Part shown: piece after piece, positions 25,307-37,077 of the stretch
Numbering within the stretch: the stretch's first letter is position 1
Layout of the letters: each line of letters starts with the position of its first letter
From: Octopus sinensis
Taxonomy: Eukaryota
Length of the DNA stretch: 64,000 nt
Assembly: GCF_006345805.1 (NCBI RefSeq)
Contig: NC_043003.1
Span: 1,736,001 to 1,800,000 of the forward strand
Direction of reading: 5' to 3'
Made by a program: the position numbers and the translations under genes
The notes under the pieces: generated by a model
Told to the model about the DNA's origin: nothing
What the model saw: only the letters and a program-made list of their open reading frames with translations
Databases searched by the model: none

Positions 25307-25698
25307 ATTTTTCATGGAAGACTAGGAACAAACAACGTCGCTTGTAGGGTGGTGATGCTCATTTACAACCATCCATCTACCAAATCCACTCACAAGACTT
25401 TGATTGGCCAAAGGCTATAGAAGACATTAACCAGAGTATCACGCAGTGGAATTGAGCTCGGAACCAAGTGGTTGGGAAAGGAGCTTCTTAACCACCCAAC
25501 CAAGCCTAGAGTTTCTGAATATTTAATGTCTTCTATAGCCTTTGGCCAATCAAAGTCTTGTGAGTGGATTTGGTAGATGGAAACTGAAAGAAGCCCATGT
25601 GTGTGTGTGTACCCTTGTGTAGACATCATGTGATGGTTGTAAATGAGCATCACCACCCTACAAGCGACGTTGTTTGTTCCTAGTCTTCCATGAAAAAT
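25307..25698. repeat. Two-block perfect inverted duplication (67 + 58 bp)
   Basis: 25307-25373 pairs with 25632-25698; 25373-25430 pairs with 25523-25580. Confidence 0.92.
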
Positions 25699-25902
25699 TG
25701 GTTCACCAATATGCCCTGTCTTTGTAATATGAAAAATGTGAAACTTAGAAGATAAGTTGTCAGTGATAAAACTAATTAGCATAGGATAAATACATTGGTT
25801 TGGATTATGTAAATTAGAGAAAAATGTTCAAACACAAAAGACAAGTTTTAGGAAACTTACAAGATTTAAGGTTAGAAATGAGTGAATCTAACCTGAACAT
25901 AC

Positions 25903-26017
25903 CTGATCCCCTTGTTTTCTAAAGGCAGGACAGTACTAATATAAAGATCAAACTCTGGCAACGGTTTACCAACAGCGATGCAGTCTGGCTCAGATCGATA
26001 AAATCTCTGCTCCAGGT
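25903..26017 (-). CDS. TTC17: TTC17 coding exon (DLEQRFYRSEPDCIAVGKPLPEFDLYISTVLPLENKGI)
   Basis: Acceptor tttccag|AC, donor ATCAG|gtatgt. Resembles LEQRHNKEDPDCIKAKVPLGDLDLY. 115 nt, phase 1 to phase 2. Confidence 0.93.
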
Positions 26018-28428
26018 CTGGAAACCACAAAGAAAACATTGACAAAAGTTCAAACAGTGATAAACATTCGTTTTCATAAATCAGACACATGTTGTTTTAG
26101 CATCGTTTACATTCGTCATGGCTACCCCAGTTGGAAAAAGAGACAGAGAGGGAGAAAGTGTGAGAGGGGGGGAGAGAGAGAGAGAGAGAGAGAGATAGTG
26201 AAAATGTTTTACTTGGTTACATTTCCAATAGTAAGCTTTAAAACCTGAGAGATAAAGAGAGGCGATATGGCTAGGTTCTACTTCAGGATAATATCAGCAT
26301 CATCATTGTTTAACGTCCGCTTTCCATGCTGGCATGGATTGGACGGTTTGACTTAGGACTGGCGAGCCAGAGGGCTGCATCAGGCCCCAATCTGATCTGG
26401 CACGGTTTCTACATATATAATTAATTAAATATAAGTTATCAATTTATGAGGTTCACAGTTCATTTGAAGATCAAAATTCTGCTCCTACCCCTATTTTTTT
26501 CTGCCTGTCAAGTTACTCGGATACTTTACTAATACCAGTTGTATGGAAAAAAGCACCCAGTATGCACTGGGTACATTTTAGGATGGAAACTGAACTGAAG
26601 AAACCACGCCAAGCTGACACCGGAGCTCAGTATTGGCCTGCAGCTTGCTGGGTCCTGTCAAACTGTCCAAGCCATGCCAGCATGGAAAACAGACATTAAA
26701 TGATGATGATGATCATTGTTTAATATCCATGCTAGCAAAGGGTGGGACGGTTTCACAAGAGCTGGCCAGGTAGAAGCCTGCACCAGACTCCTGTGACCGT
26801 TTTGGCAGGATTTTGACAGCTGGATGCCCCTCCTAACACCAACCACTCAACAGAGTGGACTGAGTGCTTTTAATGTGGCACAAGCACAGGCGAGGTCAGT
26901 TTTGGTAAGGTTTTTTACAGCTGGATGCCCTTCCAAATGCCAACCAATTTACAGTGTGGACTGGGTGCTTTTACTTGGCCCCTGCTCTGTCAGGGTCACC
27001 AAGTACCTTGCAAAACAAAAACAAAAACATAATGGAAAAAACTTTGAAAAGGGGGTGGGGGGAGATTGGAGGCGGTGTTCTTGTGTTGGATGCTGAAAGG
27101 TTATAGTGAGACGGAAAAACAGAAACAGGTGTCTTGCTGTAGAGGAGGTACAAGGTTACCTGGCCAGAGAGAGAGAGAGAGAGAGAGGATGACTTTAAAA
27201 CACAATATATGCATAATAGTTAGAAAGCAGGGAACATGGCTTCTTAGGCTCTTTAAAGTTGTCAAATGAGAGTGGCAGGTTGAGGTTATAGAGATAAACT
27301 CTTCCTTTTAAACTGTAGCAGCTTTAACAGTCAGGGGTAAACTATAAGGAGAGGTTGAAGGTCTGAAAAAGAATGATTAAATCAAAGTGTTTAGAATAAG
27401 ATACAAGAAGTAGGCTGAGGTGAGAACGATTGAGTTAGTAATGTAAGAGAAATGAAGGCTGTTCTAATAACAGTGAAAAAAAACAAACAAACAAACAAAC
27501 AAAAAGAAACCTAGTTCAAATGTGGGTCAGTGTTTAAGTGAATGTGGGTCAGTGTGACTCTGATCATCCAGCAGTTCACCACACTGCTGTCTGTGGTTCA
27601 TTGTAGGAAGCATGTCAGACAGGCTACACAAGCAATGATCAGGGCTCAGCTCTAAACGAGAACACCTGTGCCCAATGGTATTCAAGCCCTAATTAACTTG
27701 TTCTCCTCTCAGACATTATACATCAAATCTACTTTGTCCAATATGTATGTCTCTCTCTCTTTACAAGATAGGAGAGTGTAATTTGAAGGATATTTGGTTG
27801 CTATTTCCAGAAGCTTGTGTGTGTGCACAGAGCTTCTTTCTCTGGCTTGTCTAGTCTATAATAGAATTTATCTTGCAAAGACCCATCAAGCCAAGTGAAA
27901 TTGTAGTTGTGGCCGATGCCAATGTCACATACCTGGCACGTGAAAAGCACCCACTACACTCTTGGAGTGGTTGGCATCAGGAAGGGCATCCAGCTGTAGA
28001 AGACCATGCCAAATCAGATTGGAACCTGGTGCAGCTCTCCAGCTTACCAGTTTTCAGTCAAACCGTCCAACTCATGCCAGCATGGAAAGTGGACGTTAAA
28101 CGATGATGATGATGATGATGATTTGTGCTTTGTAAAGACTGAGCAGCTGTTCAGGGCGTAAGGACATAATGAGTTTTTATTCTAAAAGGGAACTACTTAA
28201 GATTTTTAAGCAAGTTTTAACCTGAAACTCATTAGAACAATGACAAACCCATGGACATAGAAGTATATACACAGCAGATACACATGTTCGTACGGACACA
28301 CCCCACCCCCACATCCTGGATTTGTCTCGTGTGACATAAACATCCCCACTACTGCCTAAGCTCTACCAATTCAAAGACATGGCAACACACACCATTTACA
28401 CGATGTGAAAGGAATATAGAAAACCTAC

Positions 28429-28573
28429 CAGTGTCGCGATCTTCACTTTTATCAATTTCATCCTTTCGACTCAACAGTTCCTTTTTCAAGTTATCCAACA
28501 TCACTGCTCTTTCTTCTTGTTTCATGAAGGCCACCAAATCATATGGTCTTCGCATATTAAATACTGTATCAAC
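28429..28573 (-). CDS. TTC17: TTC17 coding exon, most 5' exon found (VDTVFNMRRPYDLVAFMKQEERAVMLDNLKKELLSRKDEIDKSEDRDT)
   Basis: Acceptor ttttcttag|GTT, donor ACTG|gtagg. Resembles the recalled TTC17 N-terminus (VDSPMNLKHPHDLVILMRQE...EENEDRDTG). 145 nt, ends phase 1, matching the next exon. Confidence 0.9.
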
Positions 28574-29416
28574 CTAAGAAAAAAATTTTTTTAAAAAAAC
28601 ATACAAAAGAATTAAAAAATAGAATTTCTTCTTTTCTCTTCCTTCAAAATATATTCCCTACAAATGTATGCTTCCAGCCTGCTGCTACTGCTGCTACTGC
28701 TGCTGGCTGGAACGAAATGGAAATAGAAATCCCGATTTGTTTAATTCCGGGATTCTCTGGTGGCCTCTTTCTTGCATTTTGGCATCCTTTACATACACAC
28801 TATATCGCTAAAACGTGTCGCTGTTTTTTTGTCCCCTATTTCATTCAAAGAATAACAAAGAAATTTCAAGGAATGACAAAGCACAACTACCTATCCTTGC
28901 CCACTACTGCTCAGCTATTGTTTACCTATCTGCCATGGTGAACCCATTAACCATATTATATCCCTATTCATATGGGGCTAAAAAATAAGCAACCTTTTCT
29001 CTCTGAATTTTCTTTTGGTGATACACCCGGCTCGAGAAGACCTGCCGAAGCCAAGTGGGATTGTAGTCGTGGCTGATGCTGGTGTCACGTAACTGGCAAC
29101 CATGCCAGTGGCACGTAAAAAGCACCCACTATGCTCTTGGAGTGGTTGGCATTAGGAAGGGCATCCAGCTGAAGAAACTATGCTGAATCAGATTGGAACC
29201 TGGTGCAGCTCCTCAGTTTACCAGTTTTCAGTCAAAACGTCCAACCCATGCCAGCATGGAAAACAGACGTTAAATAACAATGATGACCAATGCCTTAAAA
29301 GTGAAGTTGGTAGATAGAAACTGTGTTGTAGCCCCTTATATAGTTCTATATTTAAGAGATGAGGAATTATGTACACTATTTACATTTGACGGATATTTGC
29401 CCTCATCTTCTTTGTT

Positions 29417-29462
29417 ATCACAAAGTTTTGGCTGATATACCCTCCAGCCTTCATCAGGTGTC
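29417..29462 (-). ncRNA. Minimal type I hammerhead-like motif, family 1 (decayed)
   Basis: Reverse strand reads GACAC CTGATGA A GGCTG..CAGCC AAAA CT TT GTGAT. Confidence 0.6.
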
Positions 29463-29596
29463 TTGGGGAAATTTTGAATAATAATAATAATAATAAAATT
29501 AGCAGCAGCAGCAGCAGCGGCGACGACGACGACGACGACAACAATAACAACGAAAAATACCATAGGAATGAGAACCCAGTTTCGAAATTTCCCCAA

Positions 29597-29642
29597 GACA
29601 CCTGATGAAGGCTGGAGGGTATATCAGCCAAAACGTTGTGAT
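29597..29642 (+). ncRNA. Minimal type I hammerhead-like motif, family 1 (G12 mutated to A)
   Basis: GACAC-CTGATGA-A-GGCTG(gagggtatat)CAGCC-aAAA-CG-TT-GTGAT. Stems I and II pair. Confidence 0.7.
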
Positions 29643-29747
29643 AACAACAAACAAGATGAGGACAAATATACACCAAGTGTAAATAATGTAAATAAAACCC
29701 ATTTTTTTTCCTCTGTCTTCCCTTCTCTGGATCTTTCCTTCTCCTAT

Positions 29748-29782
29748 GTTTCCGACGAAGAGCTCCGCTCGAAACGTTAAAC
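29748..29782 (+). ncRNA. Minimal type I hammerhead-like motif, family 2 (U4 replaced by C), within a repeat at about 29695-29885
   Basis: GTTT-CCGACGA-A-GAGC(tcc)GCTC-GAAA-CG-TT-AAAC. Stems I and II pair fully. Confidence 0.65.
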
Positions 29783-30073
29783 CCTCTTTCTTTCCTTCTT
29801 TCCTGAGCGTCCAATAATACTTTATTTGTTCCACGTCCTCGCGTTGTTGTGTTTTTTTTTGTGCTTTCTTGTTTGGATTAACTTTATATATATATATATA
29901 TATATATAGGTGTAAGGGTAGCTGCGTGGTAAGGAGCTTGCTTCTCAATGAAGCACATGGTTCTGATTTCAGCCCCATTGTGTGGGACCCGGGGCAAGCG
30001 TCTTCTACTATAGCCTCAGGCTAACCAAAGCCTTGTAAATGGATTTAGTACACAGAAACTGAAAGAAGACTTT

Positions 30074-30125
<52 letters not shown>

Positions 30126-33100
30126 TGTCTGTTTGTGTCTGTCCCCCACCACTGCTTGACCACTAGTGTTGGTGTGTTTATGTCCCCATAACTTAGTGGT
30201 TCAGCAAAAGATACAGCCTTAAAAGAAAAATTAGTGGAGGGATCAATACATTTGACTAAAAATGCTTTAAGGCAGTGCCCCAACATGGCCACAGTCTAGC
30301 AAAAGATAAAAGACACACAGTGAGATTCTTTCAGTTTCTCATTTCTTTATTGCCCACAAGGGGCTAAACATAGAAGGGACAAACAAGGACAGACAAAGAG
30401 ATTAAGCCGATTACACTGACCCCAGTGCATGACTGGTATTTAATCTATCGACCCCGAAAGGATGAAAGGCAAAGTTGACCTCGGCGGAATTTGAATTCAG
30501 AATGTGACAGCAGACGAAATACTGCTAAGCATTTTGCCTGGCGTGTAACGTTTCTGCCAACTTGCCGCCTTCTTCTCAGCTTCTGGCAACCAAATCTACT
30601 CACAAGGCTTTGATCAGCTCAGGGCCATAACAGAAGATACTTGTCTGAGATATCACACAACGGAACCCAAAAGCAGTCGGCTGAGGAAAGTCCACAACTT
30701 TTAAATATTTCAGAAATAAATACAACAGTTATGTATTCAGCCAAATTTACAATTCAACTTCCGATTCACTAATAACTGCTCTGTCCCCAAATCCAGTTTA
30801 TCAACTCAACACCAGTAACAAAGGGCCACAGTTCAGTGACCCCTTTTATGGTTTTGTTCAAGTTTTTTCATGCTAAACGCCACATTAGCTTAATAGTTAA
30901 TGTTACACCAAACCCACAGCTAGCACTTGAACTTGTCAGGCCCCTCTCACAGCCAAGGGTGTCATTGATAACCTAAGCCAAAAGGATACCCTGGGGTGTT
31001 AACCTGACAAGTTCTGAGATACTTTGCTGGCTGTGGGGTTAAGAAGCTCACTTTGCAACCATGTAGTTCTGGGCCCAGTCTCACTGTGGGCAAGTTTTCT
31101 ATGGTAGCTCCAGGCCAAACAATTACACTGTAAGAGAATTTGGTAGACAGAAACTGTGAGGAAGCCCATCATGTATACATATGTGTGTGTGTGTGTAATA
31201 ATGTTGTAAGGTTCATAAACAACAGGTGGACCTGTGTAGTTGCCAACTGATATCCAAGAGATTGGAAGAGGGCACTTGGAAGACAACTGGTGCAATCATG
31301 AAAGACCTGGAAGTGTATTGTGGCCAACGATGTAGAACATCTGATAGTTTACCTGATACACTGATATATGTGTGTGTGTGTGTTTGTTTGTTCACCCCAC
31401 TGCATGACAACTGGTGTTGGTTTCTTTACAACCCTGTGACTTAGCATTCCAGTAGATTATATAGCAGACTTAAAAAACCAGCCCTAGGGTTGATGTGATC
31501 AACTAAACCCTTCAAGATGAGGCCCCATCATGGCTGCAATCCAATGATTGAAAGAAGTAAAGGACAAAAGACGACAGACAGACAGACTTCAAAAAACTGT
31601 CTTCCAGCTCAGAAGACATTTAAGTTTTAATGAATGCCTTTCTTTTCCCTCACACTCTTTTCCTCTCCCCTCTTCCATGCCTTATTATATCTTCTTAACT
31701 TATTCTCCAGTAACTATTAGCAACCAAGGAGTTTTCTTTACCAAACTTTTCTTTCCTTTTCCCATTCATTTTCCCCAATGCTGATCCCTGATGGCATCCC
31801 CTCTGACTTTTGCATCATTCAGCCATAACTAGTCCTAATATTGTGTTTTATGCTAAAACTGACTGGATCCAGCCTCTCACACCTACCCTACAATGTCATT
31901 CTCCAAATATTCAATCACATCCTTGAAATCTTGAAGCTACAAAACAATGCCCAATTAATTCAAAACAATGTGAAGAAATAAGCATTCTATTTCACAAAGA
32001 AATGTGAAAGCTAAAGGGTTAATGTATGTTTTTAGCAATTAAATCTACATTGTATTTACTTTTTAATGGTGGGCATGGCAAGATGGATGCTGAGCTTGCT
32101 TTGCAACCACAAGGTTTCACTAAAAGAATAAACATGTTTACATATTTCAAACAGTTTTTGTGGTGTACACATACAAAGCTGACATGAAAACTAAATAAAA
32201 AGTTAAGATGTTTTTTGGCAATGAAGCCACATCTATGTTACTTCCAAGGTATAAGGGATGTTGAACCATAACCCCCCTCTCAGGGGGTTGTGGTTCAGCC
32301 TTCATACTAAAGAACAACGTAGATTAAGTGAAGCGATATTAAGACCCCCAGCTGGGAACATTGGTGGCTCCATCTGGCTTGAGTACAAGTGTTGAATGTT
32401 AAGGCTAAAAACTTTGTTTGCTGGTTCATAGTACAGCAGTAAGTATTCTGAAGTCAGTCAATAAACAAAATGTAGGTTCAATTCTTCAATGGATGTGTAA
32501 TGTCAGAGTGCAACAAAGTACAAATGTGCTGAGAGAAAAATTGGGCATAAAGGGCATCAGATGTGGTGTGCAGGGGAGAAGACTGCACCGGTGTGGTCAT
32601 GTGATGCGAATGGATAAGGACAGTTGTATACAGAAGGTCTAATCGCTAAGCATGGAAGGGACCTGGAGAAGAAGAGCCAGGAAGGTGTAGAATGAAATGG
32701 TGAAGACTGACCTCAAGGTGTCGAGCCTCTCAGAAGAGTTGATGGAAGACCAAGCTGAATGGTAACATACCGTGTTTGAGAAGACCCGTCCGTCTAAGCC
32801 GAAATGAGGTTCTGCCAAGCCTTCTCACACCCCCTCTTCTGCATTACTCTATTTCCTTCTTTCACTTCCCGCTCCACTGAACTGTTGCTATCCACTGCAT
32901 CCAACTCATTCCCAACCTCTAGTCATCTCTCACACTATTTTCCCTCAGTACACTTTTCTACACATCCACCTTCTCAGTTCTTCTATCCCCTCTTGTCTCA
33001 TATCCACCTTATACCTGGATTTCGCCCCCCCCCTCTCTCGCTCTCTCTCACTTTCCAGGTGGGTAAATATGTATTCACCTCTTCAGCAAGACACCTAATC

Positions 33101-33278
33101 TTCTATCATAGCTGGAGGGTCTTATTTTGCAAGTACTTGCTGAACTCACAGGTGCCAATTCCAGGTGAAAGGCATCCAGAAAACTCTGTTAAGTGGTTGG
33201 CATTAGAAACCACACCCAAGCGAAAACAGAACCTGGCAGTGCCTTCTTGCTTGTCTGTTCTCGTTGAACCATCTAACT

Positions 33279-33821
33279 CAGTGCTTCTTAAATTATGGGT
33301 TGTGACCCCAAACGGGGTTGCAAAGTGAAATGCTGGGGCCGTGAAAATTGAATTCAAACATTTGAATTTCAGTTTATATGTTATTCCACAAATTTCAGTT
33401 TATTTCTGAAATGGCATCACACGTTCTTTTGTCGTTTAGCACCACATACCTATGTGAAACGACTTGTTCAGCTTTAACCCTTATTAAAACCAAATATCGT
33501 TCAACGCTGAAAAACATTGAAGACACTTTACGTCCAACAGTGTCAAATATTACTCCAAGGATTTGTTATGCAGCAAAAAACCAGGAACATCCGTCACACT
33601 GGGTTTTACTTTGGTTTATTTTTGGACTTGAAACAAATCCTAAAACTACTCTTATTTTGACAAATAATATAACTCTTTTTTTTTTATGTAACTTGTGCAG
33701 CAAAGAACTGAATGATCTATGTATTTATTTGTATGTTTTATTTCATATTTAATATCTGGGATCACGAAACATCGCGTGATGAAAATTTGGGTAATGAATG
33801 AAAAAAGTGTAAGAAGTGCTG
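33279..33821 (+). mobile_element. Non-autonomous hAT (Charlie-like) element with transposase C-terminal remnant
   Basis: TIRs CAGTGCTTCTTA / TAAGAAGTGCTG, TSD atctaact/atctaacc. FSTTYLCETTCSALTLIKTKYRSTL resembles the hAT dimerisation region. Confidence 0.88.
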
Positions 33822-34130
33822 ATCTAACCCATGCCGGCATGGAAAGGGGGACATTAAATGATAATGATGATGATCAAATTACAATTATATTAGCATTAGG
33901 TAAAACAGTTTGAGGAACCAAGGAGCCAGTATAAACTCAATGGGTTGGTGTAGAACCAATATATGTTGCACAGCACAAAAAAAGAAAAAAACAATTTGGC
34001 TTCAAAACAAGAGAGAGAGAATATGAAAGAAGTCAATAATAGATATGAACACGGATGTGGTTGAGAAGGAAGTCTTGAGGCAGATATTCTCAATGCATGA
34101 TAAGAGATTGTTGATATCCAGAGGAAAGCA

Positions 34131-34171
<41 letters not shown>

Positions 34172-34299
34172 ATCTGTGTATATCAAAAGCACAAAAAAAT
34201 TCAAATTCTGCTTCTATTTATTCCTAAAACTGATTAAACTACAAACTGCCATAATAAATTGTGCATACACACATGTATCATATATATATATATGGGGGT

Positions 34300-34590
34300 G
34301 GAGGGTGCAATGGCCCAGTGGTTAGGGTAGCGGACGCACGGTTGTAGGATCATGGTTTGAGCGAAAACACCTAAAGCTCTATGAGGCTCCAGCAGGGGTG
34401 GTAGCGAACCCTGTTGTATTCTTTCACCACCACTTTCTCTCACTCTTTCTTCCTGTTTCTGTTGTACCTGTATTTCAAAGGGGTCAGCCTTGTCACAGTC
34501 AGTGTCACGCTGAATCTCTCTGAGAACTACGTTAAGGGTACACGTGTCTGTGGAGTGCTCAGCCACTTGCATGTTAATTTCACGAGTAGG
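34300..34590 (+). mobile_element. tRNA-derived SINE family 3 (others at about 15750-16040 +, 34760-34875 -, 63330-63530 -, 5530-5660 -)
   Basis: tRNA-like head GGCCCAGTGGTTAGGG and shared body GGGTACACGTGTCTGTGGAGTGCTCAGCCACTTGCA. Confidence 0.7.
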
Positions 34591-35302
34591 CCGTTCCTTG
34601 GAGTGGTTGGTGTTAGGAAGGGCATCCAGCTGTAGAAACCTTGCCAGATAATACTGGAGCGCAGTGCAGCCTCCTGGCTTGCTAGTCTTCAATCAAACTG
34701 TCCAACCCATGCCAGCATGGAAAGCAGACGTTAAAAGATGACGATGATGATGCTATATACATATATATATAAAAACCTCTGTCAGTTATGACGACGAGGG
34801 TCCTAGCTGATATAATCAACAGAATAGATTGCTCATGAAATTAAGGTGCAAGTGGCTGAGCACTCCACAGACATACTCTTTTACACTTTTACTTGTTTCA
34901 GTCATTTGACTGCGGCCATGCTGGAGCACCGCCTTTAATCGAGCAACTCGACCCCGGGACTTATGCTTTTGTACGCCCAGTACTTATTCTATCAGTTTCT
35001 TTTGCCGAACTGCTAAGTAACGGGACATAAACACACATTTTCCATCGGTTGGTCAGTTTGACTGAGGTCTGGAGAGCCAGTGGCTGCATCAAGCTCCAAT
35101 CTGATTTTTACAATGCTTCTACAGCTGGATGCACTTCCTAATGTCAACCACTCTGAGAGTGTAGTGGGTGCTTTTTACGTGCCACTGGCACAGAAGCCAG
35201 TCAGGTGGGCCTGGCATCGATCACATTTGGATTGTGTTTTTTATGTACCACCGGCACAAGGGCCAGTCAGCAGGTACTGGCATCAACCACATTTGGATGG
35301 TG

Positions 35303-35341
<39 letters not shown>

Positions 35342-35506
35342 AGTCCATGAAGGTGTCAGTAGATCCAGTGGTAATCCGGGTGGAGTGCTGGTATGTGGAT
35401 GAGGAGAAGTGCTGAAAATTCAGGAAGTGGTTCAGAAATGCAAGTCCAAAGGGCAGGAAATTCAGTCAAGGTCAAACTTGAGTAACCACGTGAGCGTATA
35501 TAACAT

Positions 35507-35672
35507 AGAGTTGAAATTTATAGAAAAACAAAAGAGAAAGAGAGGTGTATGAACAAAGAACAAGTGTATTAGTTTGACTCTCAGGAAAGGAATATATGTC
35601 AAACTAACATATTTGCTTGTTCTTTGTTCATACACCTGTCTTTGTCTTTTGTTTTTCTATAAATTTCAACTA
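35507..35672. repeat. Imperfect inverted repeat of hammerhead-family-2 tails
   Basis: Arms 35507-35578 and 35598-35672; the sequence matches the tail at 57995-58085. Confidence 0.8.
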
Positions 35673-35680
35673 TATATATA

Positions 35681-36057
35681 TACTCTTTTACTTGTTTCAG
35701 TCATTTGACTGCGGCCATGCTGGAGCACCGCCTTTAGTCGAGCAAATCGACCTCGGGACTTATTCTTTGTAAGCCCAGTACTTATTCTATCTTTTGCCGA
35801 ACCGCTAGGTGACAGGGACGTAAACACACCAGCATCGGTTGTCAAGCAATGCTAGGGGGACAAACACAAACACACAAACACACACACACATATATACGAC
35901 AGGCTTCTTTCAGTTTCCGTCTGCCAAATCCACTCACAAGGCATTGGTCGGCCCGGGGCTATAGCAGAAGACACTTGCCCAAGATGCCATGCAGTGGGAC
36001 TGAACCCGGAACCATGTGGTTGGTTAGCAAGCTACTTACCACACAGCCACTCCTGCG

Positions 36058-36059
<2 letters not shown>
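35681..36059 (-). mobile_element. Full-length tRNA-derived SINE, family 1 (many other copies, e.g. 11856-12195 +, 29908-30315 +, 60045-60400 +, 63565-63910 +)
   Basis: Head GGCGCAGGAGTGGCTGTGTGG...GGTTCAGTCC (A/B boxes), internal (TA)/(TG) tract, tail GACTGAAACAAGTAAAAGAGTA. Confidence 0.88.
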
Positions 36060-36125
<66 letters not shown>

Positions 36126-36990
36126 AAATATATATAAGAATACTAGATGTTCATTTCTACAGTAATCCCTATTTTCTATCCCAGTTCACCTTTCACACAC
36201 TCAGTACATTGCAATCTTTTCTGGCCAATATATGTAAATTAATATCACGGAGTCCTCAGAATATCGCAGGTTTCTGTCGGCGATACGTATTTATATTCTT
36301 TTTAGATTTTAATTATTTCTGTGGGGGCTTTTGGAACGTTTGTGTTTGTGTGTCTGTGTTTGTCCTCCTAGCATCCCTTGACAACCGATGCTGGTGTGTT
36401 TACGTCCCTGTCACCTAGCGGTTCGGCAAAAGAGACCGATAGAATAAGTACTGGGTTTACAAAAGAATAAGTCCCGGGGTCGAGTTGGTCGACTAAAGGC
36501 GGTGCTCCAGCATGGCCGCAGTCAAATGACTGAAACAAGTAAAAGAGTAAAGAGTAACACCCATGATAGTCGAGGGATTGCTGTATATACTGTATGCATA
36601 TATCATCATCATCATCGTTTAACGTCCGTTCTCCATGCTGGCATGGGTTGGACGGTTCGACCGGGGATCTGGGAAGCCAGAAGGCTGCACCAGGCTCCAG
36701 TCTGATCTGGCAGTGTTTCTACAGCTGGATGCCCTTCCTAACGCCAACCACTCCATGAGTTTAGTGGGTGCTTTTTACGTGCCACCCGCACATATATATA
36801 TATGTATATATATATATACACACACACACATAAACTCAGTCATGAACTTTCAGAACTTACAATTTCATATTAACAGAGAGAAAGACAGAATGCATAGGGG
36901 ATGATTGTAAGAGGAAGAGTCACCAACTGAGGTTTGTCATATAAACAATAAACACACACACACACACACACATAAAAATACTACATATTA

Positions 36991-37046
<56 letters not shown>

Positions 37047-37077
37047 CTAGGAGAAATACCTAAGCTACCTTTCTCTT

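Larger units (their letters stand above)
29342..29694. mobile_element. Palindromic hammerhead element (locus A), tRNA core missing, opposite polarity to B and C
   Basis: Long tail on the left, short tail on the right. The centre is only AAT/CAG/GAC/AAC microsatellite. Confidence 0.75.

Noticed and set aside
31213-31410. Candidate TTC17 first exon
   Set aside because: No signal peptide or THWVV-like motif, and no convincing splice donor.
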